A stretch of DNA of 64,000 nucleotides from an uncultured Gammaproteobacteria bacterium (GTDB lineage: Bacteria > Pseudomonadota > Gammaproteobacteria > UBA6002), in the NCBI GenBank assembly GCA_963705725.1, contig CAVPKM010000016.1:64001-128000 (forward strand), written 5' to 3'. The translations under genes were made by a program, and so were the position numbers. Below the pieces are notes generated by a model. It worked only from the letters and a program-made list of their open reading frames with translations, was not told where the DNA came from and did no database searches. Below, piece by piece: positions 23,077 to 35,666 of the stretch. Positions within the stretch are counted from its first letter, which is position 1, and each line of letters opens with the position of its first letter.

Positions 23077-25140
23077 TTAATGCAATAAAGAAATGTCAGC
23101 GATCTGCAAAAATAAATTTTGAAGAAGATGCAGTAAAACTAAACGATTATTTCGTTGCTTTTCATCATCTGTCAAAACCATGACTTGATCGAAAAATTTA
23201 TCAATAGGGGCTTTTAAGGTTGAAAGTAAGATTAATGCTTCTTGGTATTGATGTTTTATACAAAATTCTGTAATTTTTATTGTTTGCTGTTCAATCAGGG
23301 TGGCTAACTCTTTTTCTGCTTCATGTTCAAAAAGCTCAGGATTCAGCCCTCGGCCTGAAAGAAAATTAGCCTGTCTTAAAATATTACTCACCCGCTTATT
23401 CGCTGCAGACAGCGCTTTTGCCTCGGGTAAGGTTTGAAAGAAATTTACCGCTTGAATTCGTTGATTAAAGTCTAATGGAGAGGTGGGGTATCTTGAAAAA
23501 ACACTGTTAAAAATTGTCGTATCCATTCCTTTTTCCACATACCCTGCACGTAATCGTTCCATCATAAAGCTTAGTGTCTCTGTTACTGTTGCCGGATTTT
23601 CAAGTGGTGGATAATTGTTAACCGCTAATTCAATCAGCTCGCCTAAATCAAAAGAAAGATTTCGTTCAATTAAAATGCGATTGATAGCTAGTGCTGCGCG
23701 GCGAAGACCAAAAGGATCTTTTTCCCCTGTTGGGGCTTGATTGATACCAAAAATACCCACTAAGGTATCTAGCTTATCTGCGATAGCAATGAGGCTCGCC
23801 AGTTTTTCTGTCGGAATCCTATCACCAGAAAAGCGCGGTAAGTAATGCTCTTTTATCGCCGTTGCTACATCGTGAGAAATATTATCTTCAAGTGCATAGT
23901 AGTAACCCATAATGCCTTGTAACTCAGGAAATTCTCCCACCATTTCACTGGTCAGATCCGCTTTACAAAGCAATCCTGCACGATGTGCTTTTTGAGGATC
24001 GATCTCTATTTTTTCTGCTAGGGTCACAGCCAGTTTGGCAATCCTTAACGACTTATCATAAACAGTACCTAGTTTATGTTGAAAAATTACTGTTTTTAAT
24101 TGAGTTAACTGCTTTTCAATTCCTTGCTTCAAATCCGTTTGATAGAAAAATTCTGCATCGGCAAGTCGGGCTCTCATTACACGTTCATTACCGACAATCA
24201 CTGTTTGAGGATCTTTGCTGTTAATATTGGCGATGGTAATGAAATAAGGTAATAAATTTCCTTCTTCATCGATAAGTGGAAAACATTTTTGATGAGTTTT
24301 CATTGATGAGATAAGCGCTTCCTGTGGAACAGCGAGGAAACGTTTATCAAAACTTCCCATCAAAGCATTTGGCCATTCGACAATGCTGGTCACTTCCTCT
24401 AGAAGAGAATCATCGACTAAAGCGCTTCCCTTCGATAAGGTCAATTTTTGAATTTGGTCCAGAATACAGGTTTTTCTTTTTTGATAATCTGCAATCACAA
24501 AATTTTTTTCTAACGTTGCGGCATAATCCGAAGAACACTGAATCGTGATAGTTGAGGGTGAATGAAATCGATGTCCAAAACTCTGATTATCCGCGTCTAG
24601 ATCAAAATATCTGAATGGGATAACTTCTGCTCCATACATAACGACTAACGAATGTACTGGCCGTAAAAAAGCGGTGGAGTGATTGCCCCATAGCATAGGT
24701 TTGGGAATGGGTAGTTGGTTCAGCGCTTTTCGAATAACGGTTGGCGCGACCTCAAAGATAGACTTACCAGAAACTTGAGTTTGATAGTAGAGACATTTTC
24801 CCTTTGGAGTTTCAACGGTTTTGAGGGAGTCAGGAGTAATGCCGCAAGATTTAGCAAAACCAATTGCTGCAGAAGTTGGTTTTCCTTCTTGATCATAAGC
24901 CAAATCGACATTTGGACCAATTTTTTCTGTCAGACGTTCCATTTGCTTTTTTGCTGCTTTTTTAACGAGTACCGCAATACGTCTTGGAGTGGCGAAAAAT
25001 TGTATTTCTTCAAATGGAAGATTGGCGGCGTTAAACCCCGATTCGATTCCATTTGCAAAAAAAGTGGCCAGATTAACCAGGGATTTAGGTGGTAGCTCTT
25101 CCGTTCCAATTTCAACTAAAAAATCTTGGCTATGAGTCAT
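23077..25140 (-). CDS. glyS: Glycine--tRNA ligase beta subunit
   Basis: LVEIGTEELPP, TPRR, EFPELQG.MG.YYA, DPFGLRR. Confidence 0.97.
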   Translation of the reverse strand: MTHSQDFLVEIGTEELPPKSLVNLATFFANGIESGFNAANLPFEEIQFFATPRRIAVLVKKAAKKQMERLTEKIGPNVDLAYDQEGKPTSAAIGFAKSCGITPDSLKTVETPKGKCLYYQTQVSGKSIFEVAPTVIRKALNQLPIPKPMLWGNHSTAFLRPVHSLVVMYGAEVIPFRYFDLDADNQSFGHRFHSPSTITIQCSSDYAATLEKNFVIADYQKRKTCILDQIQKLTLSKGSALVDDSLLEEVTSIVEWPNALMGSFDKRFLAVPQEALISSMKTHQKCFPLIDEEGNLLPYFITIANINSKDPQTVIVGNERVMRARLADAEFFYQTDLKQGIEKQLTQLKTVIFQHKLGTVYDKSLRIAKLAVTLAEKIEIDPQKAHRAGLLCKADLTSEMVGEFPELQGIMGYYYALEDNISHDVATAIKEHYLPRFSGDRIPTEKLASLIAIADKLDTLVGIFGINQAPTGEKDPFGLRRAALAINRILIERNLSFDLGELIELAVNNYPPLENPATVTETLSFMMERLRAGYVEKGMDTTIFNSVFSRYPTSPLDFNQRIQAVNFFQTLPEAKALSAANKRVSNILRQANFLSGRGLNPELFEHEAEKELATLIEQQTIKITEFCIKHQYQEALILLSTLKAPIDKFFDQVMVLTDDEKQRNNRLVLLHLLQNLFLQIADISLLH

Positions 25141-25157
25141 TTGAAATCCTCTAAAAA

Positions 25158-25190
25158 TCGCTTACTCAGCGGAAGCTATTGAATAAGATG
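25158..25190. repeat. Repeat family A mini copy overlapping the glyQ 3' end
   Basis: TTACTCAGCGGAAGCTATTGAATAAGAT aligns with the reverse complement of the 51701-51732 copy (12-bp exact core TCAGCGGAAGCT). Confidence 0.55.
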
Positions 25191-26121
25191 TGGTTTGTTC
25201 TTGTGACCCGACATGATGAGGAGGCTTTTTATTTTTTAAAAGTAAGGGGAAATTTAATTTCTCTCTTACTGCATAATAAGATTTAGCGACGGCGAATGCG
25301 AGTTTTCGTACTCTTAAGATATATCGTTGACGTTCGGTCACTGAAATTGCATGTCTTGCATCGAGCAAGTTAAAAGCATGTGAAGCTTTTAGCACCATTT
25401 CATAGGCTGGTAAGGGGAGGTTAGCTTCTATCAGTTTTTGACATTCTGATTCATAATAGTCAAATTCTTTTAATAAATGATCAACATTGGCGTATTGAAA
25501 ATTATACGTAGACATTTCTACTTCATTTTGATGAAACACATCGCCGTAAGTCACTGTACCATTGGGTGTTTCAGCCCAAACCAAATCAAAAATACTCTCA
25601 ACTCCTTGAAGATACATGGCAATACGTTCTAAGCCGTAAGTAATTTCCCCAGTAATCGGATGACAGGCTACCCCCCCTACTTGTTGAAAATAAGTAAATT
25701 GTGTGATTTCCATGCCATTTTGCCAAATTTCCCAGCCTAATCCCCACGCTCCAAGAGTAGGCGATTCCCAGTTATCTTCAACAAAGCGAATATCGTGAAG
25801 TAAGGGGTCGATACCTAAATATCGTAAGGAACCTAAATAAAGTTCTTGAATATTATCTGGTGAAGGTTTTAGAAGAACTTGAAATTGATAGTAATGTTGA
25901 GTTCGGTTAGGGCTTTCTCCATAACGACCATCTTTCGGCCTTCGAGAAGGTTGCACATAAGCAGCATTCCAAGGTTCTGGACCAATTGCCCTTAAAAATG
26001 TCGCGGTATGAAAGGTACCTGCACCCACTTCTAAATCATAAGGTTGTAGCAAAATGCAGCCTTGTTCTACCCAATAGTGTTGGAGGGCTAATATCATGCC
26101 TTGAAAGGTCTTAACATTCAT
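25162..26121 (-). CDS. glyQ: Glycine--tRNA ligase alpha subunit
   Basis: [39 protein letters not shown] 26121 (ORF extends to TTG 26130). Confidence 0.98.
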   Translation of the reverse strand: MNVKTFQGMILALQHYWVEQGCILLQPYDLEVGAGTFHTATFLRAIGPEPWNAAYVQPSRRPKDGRYGESPNRTQHYYQFQVLLKPSPDNIQELYLGSLRYLGIDPLLHDIRFVEDNWESPTLGAWGLGWEIWQNGMEITQFTYFQQVGGVACHPITGEITYGLERIAMYLQGVESIFDLVWAETPNGTVTYGDVFHQNEVEMSTYNFQYANVDHLLKEFDYYESECQKLIEANLPLPAYEMVLKASHAFNLLDARHAISVTERQRYILRVRKLAFAVAKSYYAVREKLNFPLLLKNKKPPHHVGSQEQTTSYSIASAE

Positions 26122-26174
26122 TTCGTTCAAATTGACTTATACCTCTATATTTGAGGAGTGACGAAAATTCTGCG

Positions 26175-26199
26175 AAGGGGAAAGGTTTTCTTTCCCCTT
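26175..26199 (-). terminator. Hairpin downstream of the com1-like gene (possible terminator)
   Basis: Perfect 10-bp stem AAGGGGAAAG/CTTTCCCCTT with 5-nt loop, starting 6 bp past the stop; no clean U-tract. Confidence 0.5.
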
Positions 26200-26204
26200 G
26201 AGGT

Positions 26205-27011
26205 TTATTTTCTGACTTGTTTAATTGCTTGCTTCACACTATCCGTTGTCACTACGCCTGGTAAGTATTCTACATGTGTTCCAATGCGATTCCCGATAAA
26301 AAAGGCAGGGGTACCAAGCAGGCCGAGATCTTGTGCTAATTTGAAATTATCGTTTAATTGATTTTCAATCTCTTTATTCTTCATGTCAGTTTGCAATTGC
26401 TGAACATTCAGACCTACTTTTTTTGCCGTTTCATTCACTTTTTCATCAGTTAAAGGAAGTGGCATTTCAAGTAATGCTCGGTGAAAAGCCAGAAATTTGT
26501 CTTGTCCTTGTTTGATTGCTGCAATAGATGCTTGCGCTGCATATTTTGAAGAGCCGCCGAATATAGGCAGTTGTTTTACCACAATACGAACTTTATTGTC
26601 TGATTTAATCAGAGAGTCGATCACCATAGACATCTCACGACAATGGGTGCACTGATAATCTAAAAATTCTACAACTGAGACATCTCCTTCCTTGTTACCC
26701 ACTGTTGGGCTACTTAGAGAATTAAATAAAGGCTTTGCATTTTTTAAGACCGCTTGTTGGGTCTTAGTTTTTGCTTTTGCAAATTCTTGATCTTGATAAG
26801 CTTGAGAAGCCTCTACTAATACTTGGGGATTTTTAACCAGATAGTCATGAACGATATTTTGTATTCCTTTAACTTGTGCATCATTAAAATTAGCTTGGTT
26901 ATTAACCAAACTTTTAGGCAAAGGAGTGGGGGGAGTAGTTGTCGCTGCCATTAAGTTTTGGCTAGTAAGTAGAGCAAGGGCAAGTAGCCCAGTAGAAAAT
27001 ATTGACCTCAT
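26205..27011 (-). CDS. DsbA-family thiol:disulfide oxidoreductase, Com1/DsbA2-like
   Basis: Signal peptide, IVHDYLVKNPQVLVEA N-terminal helix, VEFLDYQCTHC, cis-Pro GTP. N-terminus resembles Coxiella Com1 (from recall). Confidence 0.88.
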   Translation of the reverse strand: MRSIFSTGLLALALLTSQNLMAATTTPPTPLPKSLVNNQANFNDAQVKGIQNIVHDYLVKNPQVLVEASQAYQDQEFAKAKTKTQQAVLKNAKPLFNSLSSPTVGNKEGDVSVVEFLDYQCTHCREMSMVIDSLIKSDNKVRIVVKQLPIFGGSSKYAAQASIAAIKQGQDKFLAFHRALLEMPLPLTDEKVNETAKKVGLNVQQLQTDMKNKEIENQLNDNFKLAQDLGLLGTPAFFIGNRIGTHVEYLPGVVTTDSVKQAIKQVRK

Positions 27012-27104
27012 TTTATCCTATCCTCACAGTTATAAACAATTAAACAGTAGCATGGTTAGGGGGTATGTCAAATCCATTCAAGAAGGGCATGGTGACGAAA
27101 ATTG

Positions 27105-27953
27105 TCAGTTATCAAGTATTGCTTTGATTTTGTTCATTGCATTTTTTTCTAATTGCCGAATTCTTTCGGCAGTCACATTGTATTCGCTTGCAAGCTCGTG
27201 AAGTGTTGCTTTTTGGTCAATAAGCCAGCGCCTTTTTATTATTTCTTGACTTCGTTGATCTAGGCTTTTCATGGCGTGATATAATTTACTTTCTTGATCT
27301 GTTGACCAATCTTCTGCTTCTAATCTTTTGGCAGGATCATAGCGCTGATCTTCAAGATAATGAACGGGTGAGAATCCTTGTTCGTTCTCGTTTAATAAAG
27401 GATCATATGTTTCATCGGGTAATTGCAGTCTGGCTTCCATTTTGCGAACTTCATTTTCGCTTACATCTAAGTTTTTTGCTAAATCTGTCACTTCTTTAGC
27501 CGTAAACCAATTTAAGTGCTTGGTTGCCTTCCGTAGATTAAAAAATAGTTTACGCTGCGCTTTTGTCGTCGCAATTTTTACTATTTTCCAATTTTTTAGG
27601 ATGAACTCATGAATTTCAGCCTTAATCCAATGAACTGCAAAAGAAACTAATCGGACGCCAACTTGAGGATTAAATCGCTTAACAGCCTTCATTAATCCAA
27701 TAGTGCCTTCTTGAATAAGGTCGGATTGCGAGAGGCCATAACCTGCATACCCCTTCGCAACGCGAACGACAAAACGAAGATGGGCTAATACTAAGCGCCT
27801 AGCGGCTTCTAGATCACCTCTAAAATACAAGTCATCGGCTAATTGTTTTTCTTCTTCTTCAGTTAATAAAGGAATTTTATTTACCCAATGAATATAAGCA
27901 TCTAAACTGCCAATCGGTGCAGCAAATTGCAATTTTTGTAAACTTTTCTCCAT
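27105..27953 (-). CDS. rpoH: RNA polymerase sigma-32
   Basis: DLIQEG, RpoH box QRKLFFNLR, AERIRQLE. Confidence 0.97.
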   Translation of the reverse strand: MEKSLQKLQFAAPIGSLDAYIHWVNKIPLLTEEEEKQLADDLYFRGDLEAARRLVLAHLRFVVRVAKGYAGYGLSQSDLIQEGTIGLMKAVKRFNPQVGVRLVSFAVHWIKAEIHEFILKNWKIVKIATTKAQRKLFFNLRKATKHLNWFTAKEVTDLAKNLDVSENEVRKMEARLQLPDETYDPLLNENEQGFSPVHYLEDQRYDPAKRLEAEDWSTDQESKLYHAMKSLDQRSQEIIKRRWLIDQKATLHELASEYNVTAERIRQLEKNAMNKIKAILDN

Positions 27954-28012
27954 ACAAACCTCAAGCGAATATGTTCACGCAGGTCAATTTAGACCGTCGA
28001 TAAAATTCCCCA

Positions 28013-28056
28013 ATTGTACCATAATGATGAAAAATGTGTAAACCCCTCAAGGGGTT
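28013..28056 (-). promoter_or_regulatory. Putative sigma70 promoter of rpoH, overlapped by a small hairpin after ftsY
   Basis: Minus strand TTTACA-18 bp-TACAAT with extended TG; hairpin AACCCC-TCAA-GGGGTT at 28041-28056. Confidence 0.4.
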
Positions 28057-28064
28057 GCCCCGAT

Positions 28065-29042
28065 TCAGGGCTCCTTAGGTGCAGGCGTTGCAAATAATGC
28101 ATTGACAAACGCTTCTTTATCAAAGGGAAGCAGATCATCAATTTGTTCCCCAACACCAATAAAGTAGATGGGGATTTTCATCTTGTCGGCAATGGCAAAA
28201 ACAATTCCACCTTTAGCTGTTCCGTCCAATTTAGTAATGATGATACCGGTTATTCCCATTGCTTGATGGAATATTTCTGCCTGTTTTAAAGCATTTTGTC
28301 CAGTTGTGGCATCGAGTACGAGTAGGACTTCATGCGGAGCTTCACTATCAATTTTTTGTAATACGCGTTTTATTTTTTTTAACTCTTCCATTAAATGCGT
28401 TTGCGTATGCAGGCGACCTGCAGTATCTGCAATAAGCAAATCAAAATCACGAGATTTTGCAGCGGTGTATGCATCGAAAATAACAGAGGCACTGTCTGCT
28501 CCTATATGCTGAGCAATAACAGGGATATGATTTCTTTCTCCCCATACTTGCAACTGATCAATTGCTGCGGCACGAAAAGTATCCCCAGCCGCTAACATGA
28601 CCTTCATTTTTTTTTCTTGAAAAAATTTTGCCAATTTTCCAATACTTGTGGTTTTACCTGTGCCGTTCACCCCGATGACTAAAATCGCAGACGGCCGATG
28701 GAAATTTTCAAGTAATGTTTGATCAAGGGAAGGATTTAGGATGGAAAGTAATTGCTGCTTAAGTGCTTCATATAAGGCTTCAGAATCATTTAATTCTTTG
28801 CGAGAAACTTGTTTAGTGAGGTTGTTAATGATCTTTTGAGTCACCTCAACGCCAACATCAGCAAGAATAAGCTGGGTTTCTATTTCTTCCATTAAGCTTT
28901 GATCAATGACTTTTTTTCCAAGAAATAAATTGCCGAGACCGCTGGATAAATGATCACGGGTTTTTTTTAATCCGCGTGTAAATGAAGAAAAAAAACCACC
29001 TTTTTTTTCCTCATTTTTTTTTGATTTCAATAAATTTAACAT
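28065..29042 (-). CDS. ftsY: SRP receptor FtsY (short, NG domain only)
   Basis: GVNGTGKTT, DTFRAAA, DTAGR, TKLDGTAKGG. Confidence 0.97.
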   Translation of the reverse strand: MLNLLKSKKNEEKKGGFFSSFTRGLKKTRDHLSSGLGNLFLGKKVIDQSLMEEIETQLILADVGVEVTQKIINNLTKQVSRKELNDSEALYEALKQQLLSILNPSLDQTLLENFHRPSAILVIGVNGTGKTTSIGKLAKFFQEKKMKVMLAAGDTFRAAAIDQLQVWGERNHIPVIAQHIGADSASVIFDAYTAAKSRDFDLLIADTAGRLHTQTHLMEELKKIKRVLQKIDSEAPHEVLLVLDATTGQNALKQAEIFHQAMGITGIIITKLDGTAKGGIVFAIADKMKIPIYFIGVGEQIDDLLPFDKEAFVNALFATPAPKEP

Positions 29043-29103
29043 TTAAAAGACCTTTTATTCTGCTTTGGAAACAGCGACAAATCAGCTATCCTATATTGCT
29101 CGT

Positions 29104-29127
29104 AAAACTATTCAGCGCAAATGCTAG
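29104..29127. repeat. Repeat family A end fragment in the ftsY/M16 divergent gap
   Basis: AACTATTCAGCGCAAATGCTAG matches the 12743-12764 sequence at 21/22. Confidence 0.8.
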
Positions 29128-29148
29128 CTATCTAAAGGTATAAACAAG

Positions 29149-30531
29149 ATGCGTATTTATATATTACTATGTACTTTTATTTTCGGCTTTATCTGTCACG
29201 TCACTTATGCTGAGTCAAAAATCAATGAATATCAACTTCCAAATGGATTAAAAGTTTTAATCAAGGAAGATCATCGGTTACCTGTTGTGGTAACAGAGGT
29301 TTGGTATAGAGTCGGCTCGAGTTATGAACCGAATGGAATTACCGGTATTTCTCATGTTCTCGAGCATATGATGTTTAAAGGCACTAAGGCGTATGGCCCG
29401 GGTGTTTTTTCAAAAATTGTGGCTGAAAATGGTGGAGAAGAGAATGCTTTTACTGCCGATGATTACACTGCATATTACCAGAGGGTGGAGGCCAAGAAAT
29501 TACCCATCAGCTTAGAGTTAGAAGCAGATCGCATGCGTAATTTACTTTTAAGCCAAAATGAATTTGTTAAAGAAATTGAAGTGGTCAAAGAGGAAAGAAG
29601 ACTTCGTACTGATGATAATCCACAAAGTTTGACCTATGAACGCTTTGGAGCAGCTGCCAATGTGGGTAGTCCCTATCATCATCCGGTAATCGGATGGATG
29701 TGGGATTTGAATCACCTGAAGGTTGAAGACGTTCAAAAATGGTATCGTACCTGGTATGCGCCAAGCAACGCGGTTTTAGTCATTGTTGGCGACGTGAATC
29801 CTAAAGAAACAATTAAACTTGTTCGTCGCTATTTTGACCCATTACAAACCCCAGCCTTACCAGTTAGCAAGACACCTAGTGAATTTAAAGATTTCGGCGA
29901 GCGTCGCCTCGTTGTTCAAACGCCAGCAAAATTACCTTTACTAATAATGGGTTACAATACTCCTTCGTTTAAAACTGCAGAGAATAAGGAAGAGGCGTAT
30001 GCGTTAGTGGTTCTGTCTTCCCTTTTAGATGGGGGGGATAGTGCGAGATTACCGACTCGAATTGTAAGGGGAAAGCAACTCGCAAGTGATGTTGATGTGG
30101 GTTACGATATTTTTAGTCGCCTGGATAATATCTTTACAATTACTGCTATTCCTTCTTCGGGACGAACCCCGCAAGAAGTAGAGCAAGCCATCACAGCTGA
30201 AATTAACGATTTAAAAAATAAACCAGTAGATAGTAAAGAATTGGCTCGTGTTAAAGCACAAATTATCGCTAATAAAATTTACGAAAAAGATTCAATCATG
30301 AATCAAGCAAATGAGATTGGCGCTTTGGAAGCCGTGAATCTTTCTTGGAAAGATGCGGATACTTACTTAGAGCAAATTAAAAAAGTTACGCCAGCTCAAA
30401 TTCAAGCTGTGGCGAAAAAATATTTTTCACCGAATAAATTGACCGTTGCAATTTTAAAGCCACTTCCGATTGATGCAAAAACGCAAGATAAGCCGGTGTT
30501 AACGACCGGAGGAGAGCAAAATGTTCGCTAA
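29149..30531 (+). CDS. M16 zinc peptidase, catalytic subunit
   Basis: Signal peptide, inverted zinc motif HVLEHMMFKGT, NAFT, EERR. Confidence 0.92.
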   Translation: MRIYILLCTFIFGFICHVTYAESKINEYQLPNGLKVLIKEDHRLPVVVTEVWYRVGSSYEPNGITGISHVLEHMMFKGTKAYGPGVFSKIVAENGGEENAFTADDYTAYYQRVEAKKLPISLELEADRMRNLLLSQNEFVKEIEVVKEERRLRTDDNPQSLTYERFGAAANVGSPYHHPVIGWMWDLNHLKVEDVQKWYRTWYAPSNAVLVIVGDVNPKETIKLVRRYFDPLQTPALPVSKTPSEFKDFGERRLVVQTPAKLPLLIMGYNTPSFKTAENKEEAYALVVLSSLLDGGDSARLPTRIVRGKQLASDVDVGYDIFSRLDNIFTITAIPSSGRTPQEVEQAITAEINDLKNKPVDSKELARVKAQIIANKIYEKDSIMNQANEIGALEAVNLSWKDADTYLEQIKKVTPAQIQAVAKKYFSPNKLTVAILKPLPIDAKTQDKPVLTTGGEQNVR

Positions 30532-31870
30532 TTTTATACGACTCATTTGCTTATTATCCGTGATTTTTGAGTGTGCAAGCAGCTTTGCTACTGAAAAGTC
30601 TATCCTCCCTATCAAAACCTGGAAAACAAAGGTTGGCACACCTGTTTTTTATGTTTATGAACCTGAGTTGCCGATGATCGATATCCAGGTCGCATTTGAT
30701 GCCGGGTCAGCGCGTGATGGAAATCAAGCAGGCATTGCTAAATTAACGAATGAATCACTGTCAGTAGGCACGACAACTCAATCCGTGGATGCAATTGCAG
30801 CGGCTTTTGAAAATGTTGGAGCAATCTATTCTAATGCGATAAATCGTGACATGGCAGTAGTGGCACTTCGGTCTCTGTCAGACCCTCATGCTTTTCAACC
30901 TGCCTTAGCTACCTTTACTGAAGTGCTTACCAAGGCTAATTTTCCATCTCACGAGTTTTCACGTGTTCAGAAACAGTTACTCCGGACATTGGAAGAGCAA
31001 GAAGAGTTACCTGCTTCCATTGCTTTAAAAAGTTTCTACCATGCACTTTATGATAATCTACCCTACGGTCATCCTATTTCGGGGTATCTTAATACCGTTA
31101 ATCTGTTAGCTGCGAAAGATTCACTCAAGTTTTATCAACAATTTTATACGGCTCAAAATTGTTTGATTGCTATTGTTGGAGACATTGATGAATCTAATGC
31201 TCATCTTATTGCCGAAAATTTATCAAAAAACATGCAACAAGGTAAAAAAATACCAATGTTTGCTACAAAAAAAATGAATTCGGGAGCGATCAAAAAGCAT
31301 ATCTCATTTCCGTCAAGTCAAACCAATGTTTTAATGGGCCAAATAGGAATAACACGATCAGATCCAGATTATTATACGGTTGTGGTGGGCAATTATATCC
31401 TAGGAGGAGGGTCGCTTACTTCTCGCTTGTTTGATGAGGTAAGAGAAAAGAGAGGGCTTGCTTATACGGTGAGAAGCCAATTTAATGCATTAAAAGAACG
31501 CGGACCTTTTCTTATCGAATTGCAAACTCGTAATAGCGAAGCAAAAAACGCTATTAATGTTGTCAGCCATACTTTGAATAATTTCATTAGCAATGGCCCG
31601 ACCAATCAGGAGCTTGCTGGTGCAAAAGAGAATCTTGCCCATGGCTTTGTCTTGAAATTAGCAAGTAATTCAGCAATCATCTCTCAACTGCTTAATATTG
31701 GCTTTTATCATTTATCACTGGATTATCTGGATACTTATGCTGACAATATTAATAAGGTGACGGATCAATCCATCAAGCAAGTTTTTAACAGGATCATCCA
31801 TCCCAATAACCTGGTAACAATTACTGTTGGTAAGGAAATGAATGAGCAAGAAGCAGGTACGAAGACCTAA
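30521..31870 (+). CDS. M16 peptidase, non-catalytic partner subunit
   Basis: M16 fold (AGSARD, SRLFDEVREKRGLAY) without HxxEH; overlaps its partner gene. Confidence 0.88.
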   Translation: MFANFIRLICLLSVIFECASSFATEKSILPIKTWKTKVGTPVFYVYEPELPMIDIQVAFDAGSARDGNQAGIAKLTNESLSVGTTTQSVDAIAAAFENVGAIYSNAINRDMAVVALRSLSDPHAFQPALATFTEVLTKANFPSHEFSRVQKQLLRTLEEQEELPASIALKSFYHALYDNLPYGHPISGYLNTVNLLAAKDSLKFYQQFYTAQNCLIAIVGDIDESNAHLIAENLSKNMQQGKKIPMFATKKMNSGAIKKHISFPSSQTNVLMGQIGITRSDPDYYTVVVGNYILGGGSLTSRLFDEVREKRGLAYTVRSQFNALKERGPFLIELQTRNSEAKNAINVVSHTLNNFISNGPTNQELAGAKENLAHGFVLKLASNSAIISQLLNIGFYHLSLDYLDTYADNINKVTDQSIKQVFNRIIHPNNLVTITVGKEMNEQEAGTKT

Positions 31871-32417
31871 ATTAGGTCAAGTCCGCATCATTGGCGGGGA
31901 GCTTCGCAGTCGCATTATTCATTTTCCTATTATTCCAGGACTGCGCCCCACACCGAATCGAATTCGGGAAACGTTGTTTAATTGGCTTACACCCATCATA
32001 CCTGGTGCTTGTTGTTTGGATATGTTTGCAGGCAGTGGTGCATTAAGTTTTGAAGCCAAATCAAGAGGGGCTGGTTACTCCTTGCTGTTTGATGCTTCTG
32101 CAGAAATTATTCAGGCGTTAAAAAAAAATATTCAAAAATTAAACATAAAAGAAATAGAAGTCTTTCATGCTACATTTCCCTATCATCTTTCTTCATCAAC
32201 TAAGCAATACGATGTTATTTTTATTGATCCTCCTTTTCATCAAAACTACGTGCAATTAGCACTTGATTGGCTTGATCAACAAAATATTCTGAAAGATCAT
32301 GCGCTTATTTATATAGAGTCAGAGGCTGACGCGGAGGTTTTCAATTTACCCAGTCAATGGCGACTAATAAAAGATAAAAAGGCGGGGCTTGTGCGTTACA
32401 GCCTTGTTCAAACATAG
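31842..32417 (+). CDS. rsmD: 16S rRNA m2G966 methyltransferase
   Basis: RIIGG, LRPTPNRIRETLFNWL, DMFAGSGAL, DPPF. Confidence 0.95.
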   Translation: MSKKQVRRPKLGQVRIIGGELRSRIIHFPIIPGLRPTPNRIRETLFNWLTPIIPGACCLDMFAGSGALSFEAKSRGAGYSLLFDASAEIIQALKKNIQKLNIKEIEVFHATFPYHLSSSTKQYDVIFIDPPFHQNYVQLALDWLDQQNILKDHALIYIESEADAEVFNLPSQWRLIKDKKAGLVRYSLVQT

Positions 32418-32436
32418 CTTAAAGCCTAACATTCAT

Positions 32437-32967
32437 TCACAACGGTATATTTCCTAGTAAAGGTGCTGTCGCTTGAATATAATTTTCGTGTATTTCTTTT
32501 TTAGCCACTTCAAAAAAGGTGCAAGCTACACGCATTTGAATTTCAGATGGTAAACTAATCAAGTTTGAATTATTACGATGAGCAAGAAAAGAAATAGCCT
32601 TCATTTTTGCTGCTTCAATCTCTTGTTTTTTTTGAAAAATTTGTTTAGCTAACTCACGAACACTCTCGTTTGTATTCCATTTATAAAATAATTCTTTTGG
32701 CCTTTGGCTGAAATCAGTATGGAATATATCACCTAGAATTAGGGCATCAGCATCCTTGGTATATTCATTAGGGTCCTCCCAGCATAATTTTTTGTCCATC
32801 CAATTAATAACAACAGCTAAATTATCTATAACAAAATGGGCGACTCCGATGCCATATTCTTGTTCTTTTTCAATAAATAATTCTTCATTTAATTTTTTTT
32901 CAAATTGGGCTTTATTGTAAATGTTTCCCAACAGGTAAAGTTTGATTTTTTCTAATTGTTGCTGCAT
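32437..32967 (-). CDS. Hypothetical protein with F-box-like C-terminal segment
   Basis: 176-aa open frame filling the rsmD-gyrB gap; C-terminal LISLPSEIQMRVACTF. Confidence 0.65.
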   Translation of the reverse strand: MQQQLEKIKLYLLGNIYNKAQFEKKLNEELFIEKEQEYGIGVAHFVIDNLAVVINWMDKKLCWEDPNEYTKDADALILGDIFHTDFSQRPKELFYKWNTNESVRELAKQIFQKKQEIEAAKMKAISFLAHRNNSNLISLPSEIQMRVACTFFEVAKKEIHENYIQATAPLLGNIPL

Positions 32968-33002
32968 GCCTTGCCTTAGTATTTAATAAAATAAAAAAAA
33001 AT

Positions 33003-35441
<2,439 letters not shown>

Positions 35442-35457
35442 TTAATGGTTAATAACA

Positions 35458-35613
35458 GTAGCTTCCAGCACAGGATAAAAACGTCTTATTGGCGATCTTC
35501 AAATAAAAAACTTACAAAAAACAGAATACATATCAGCGTGTATACAATTTTCAGGAAATTTTTTTTGAATCTGGCTCAAAATTAAATGTTTTAGTAATGA
35601 GCTGAATAGATAC
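35458..35613. mobile_element. Repeat family A, degenerate near-full-length copy between recF and gyrB
   Basis: Colinear with the 22393 copy: CAGCACAGG..AAACGTC..ATCTTC..TTTTTT.GAATCTGGCT.AAA..GCTGAATAGATAC. Confidence 0.8.
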
Positions 35614-35666
35614 CTTTAAACCAAATAGGATAACACATTTTAAGAGAAGTTGCCTTGTATTTAAGG

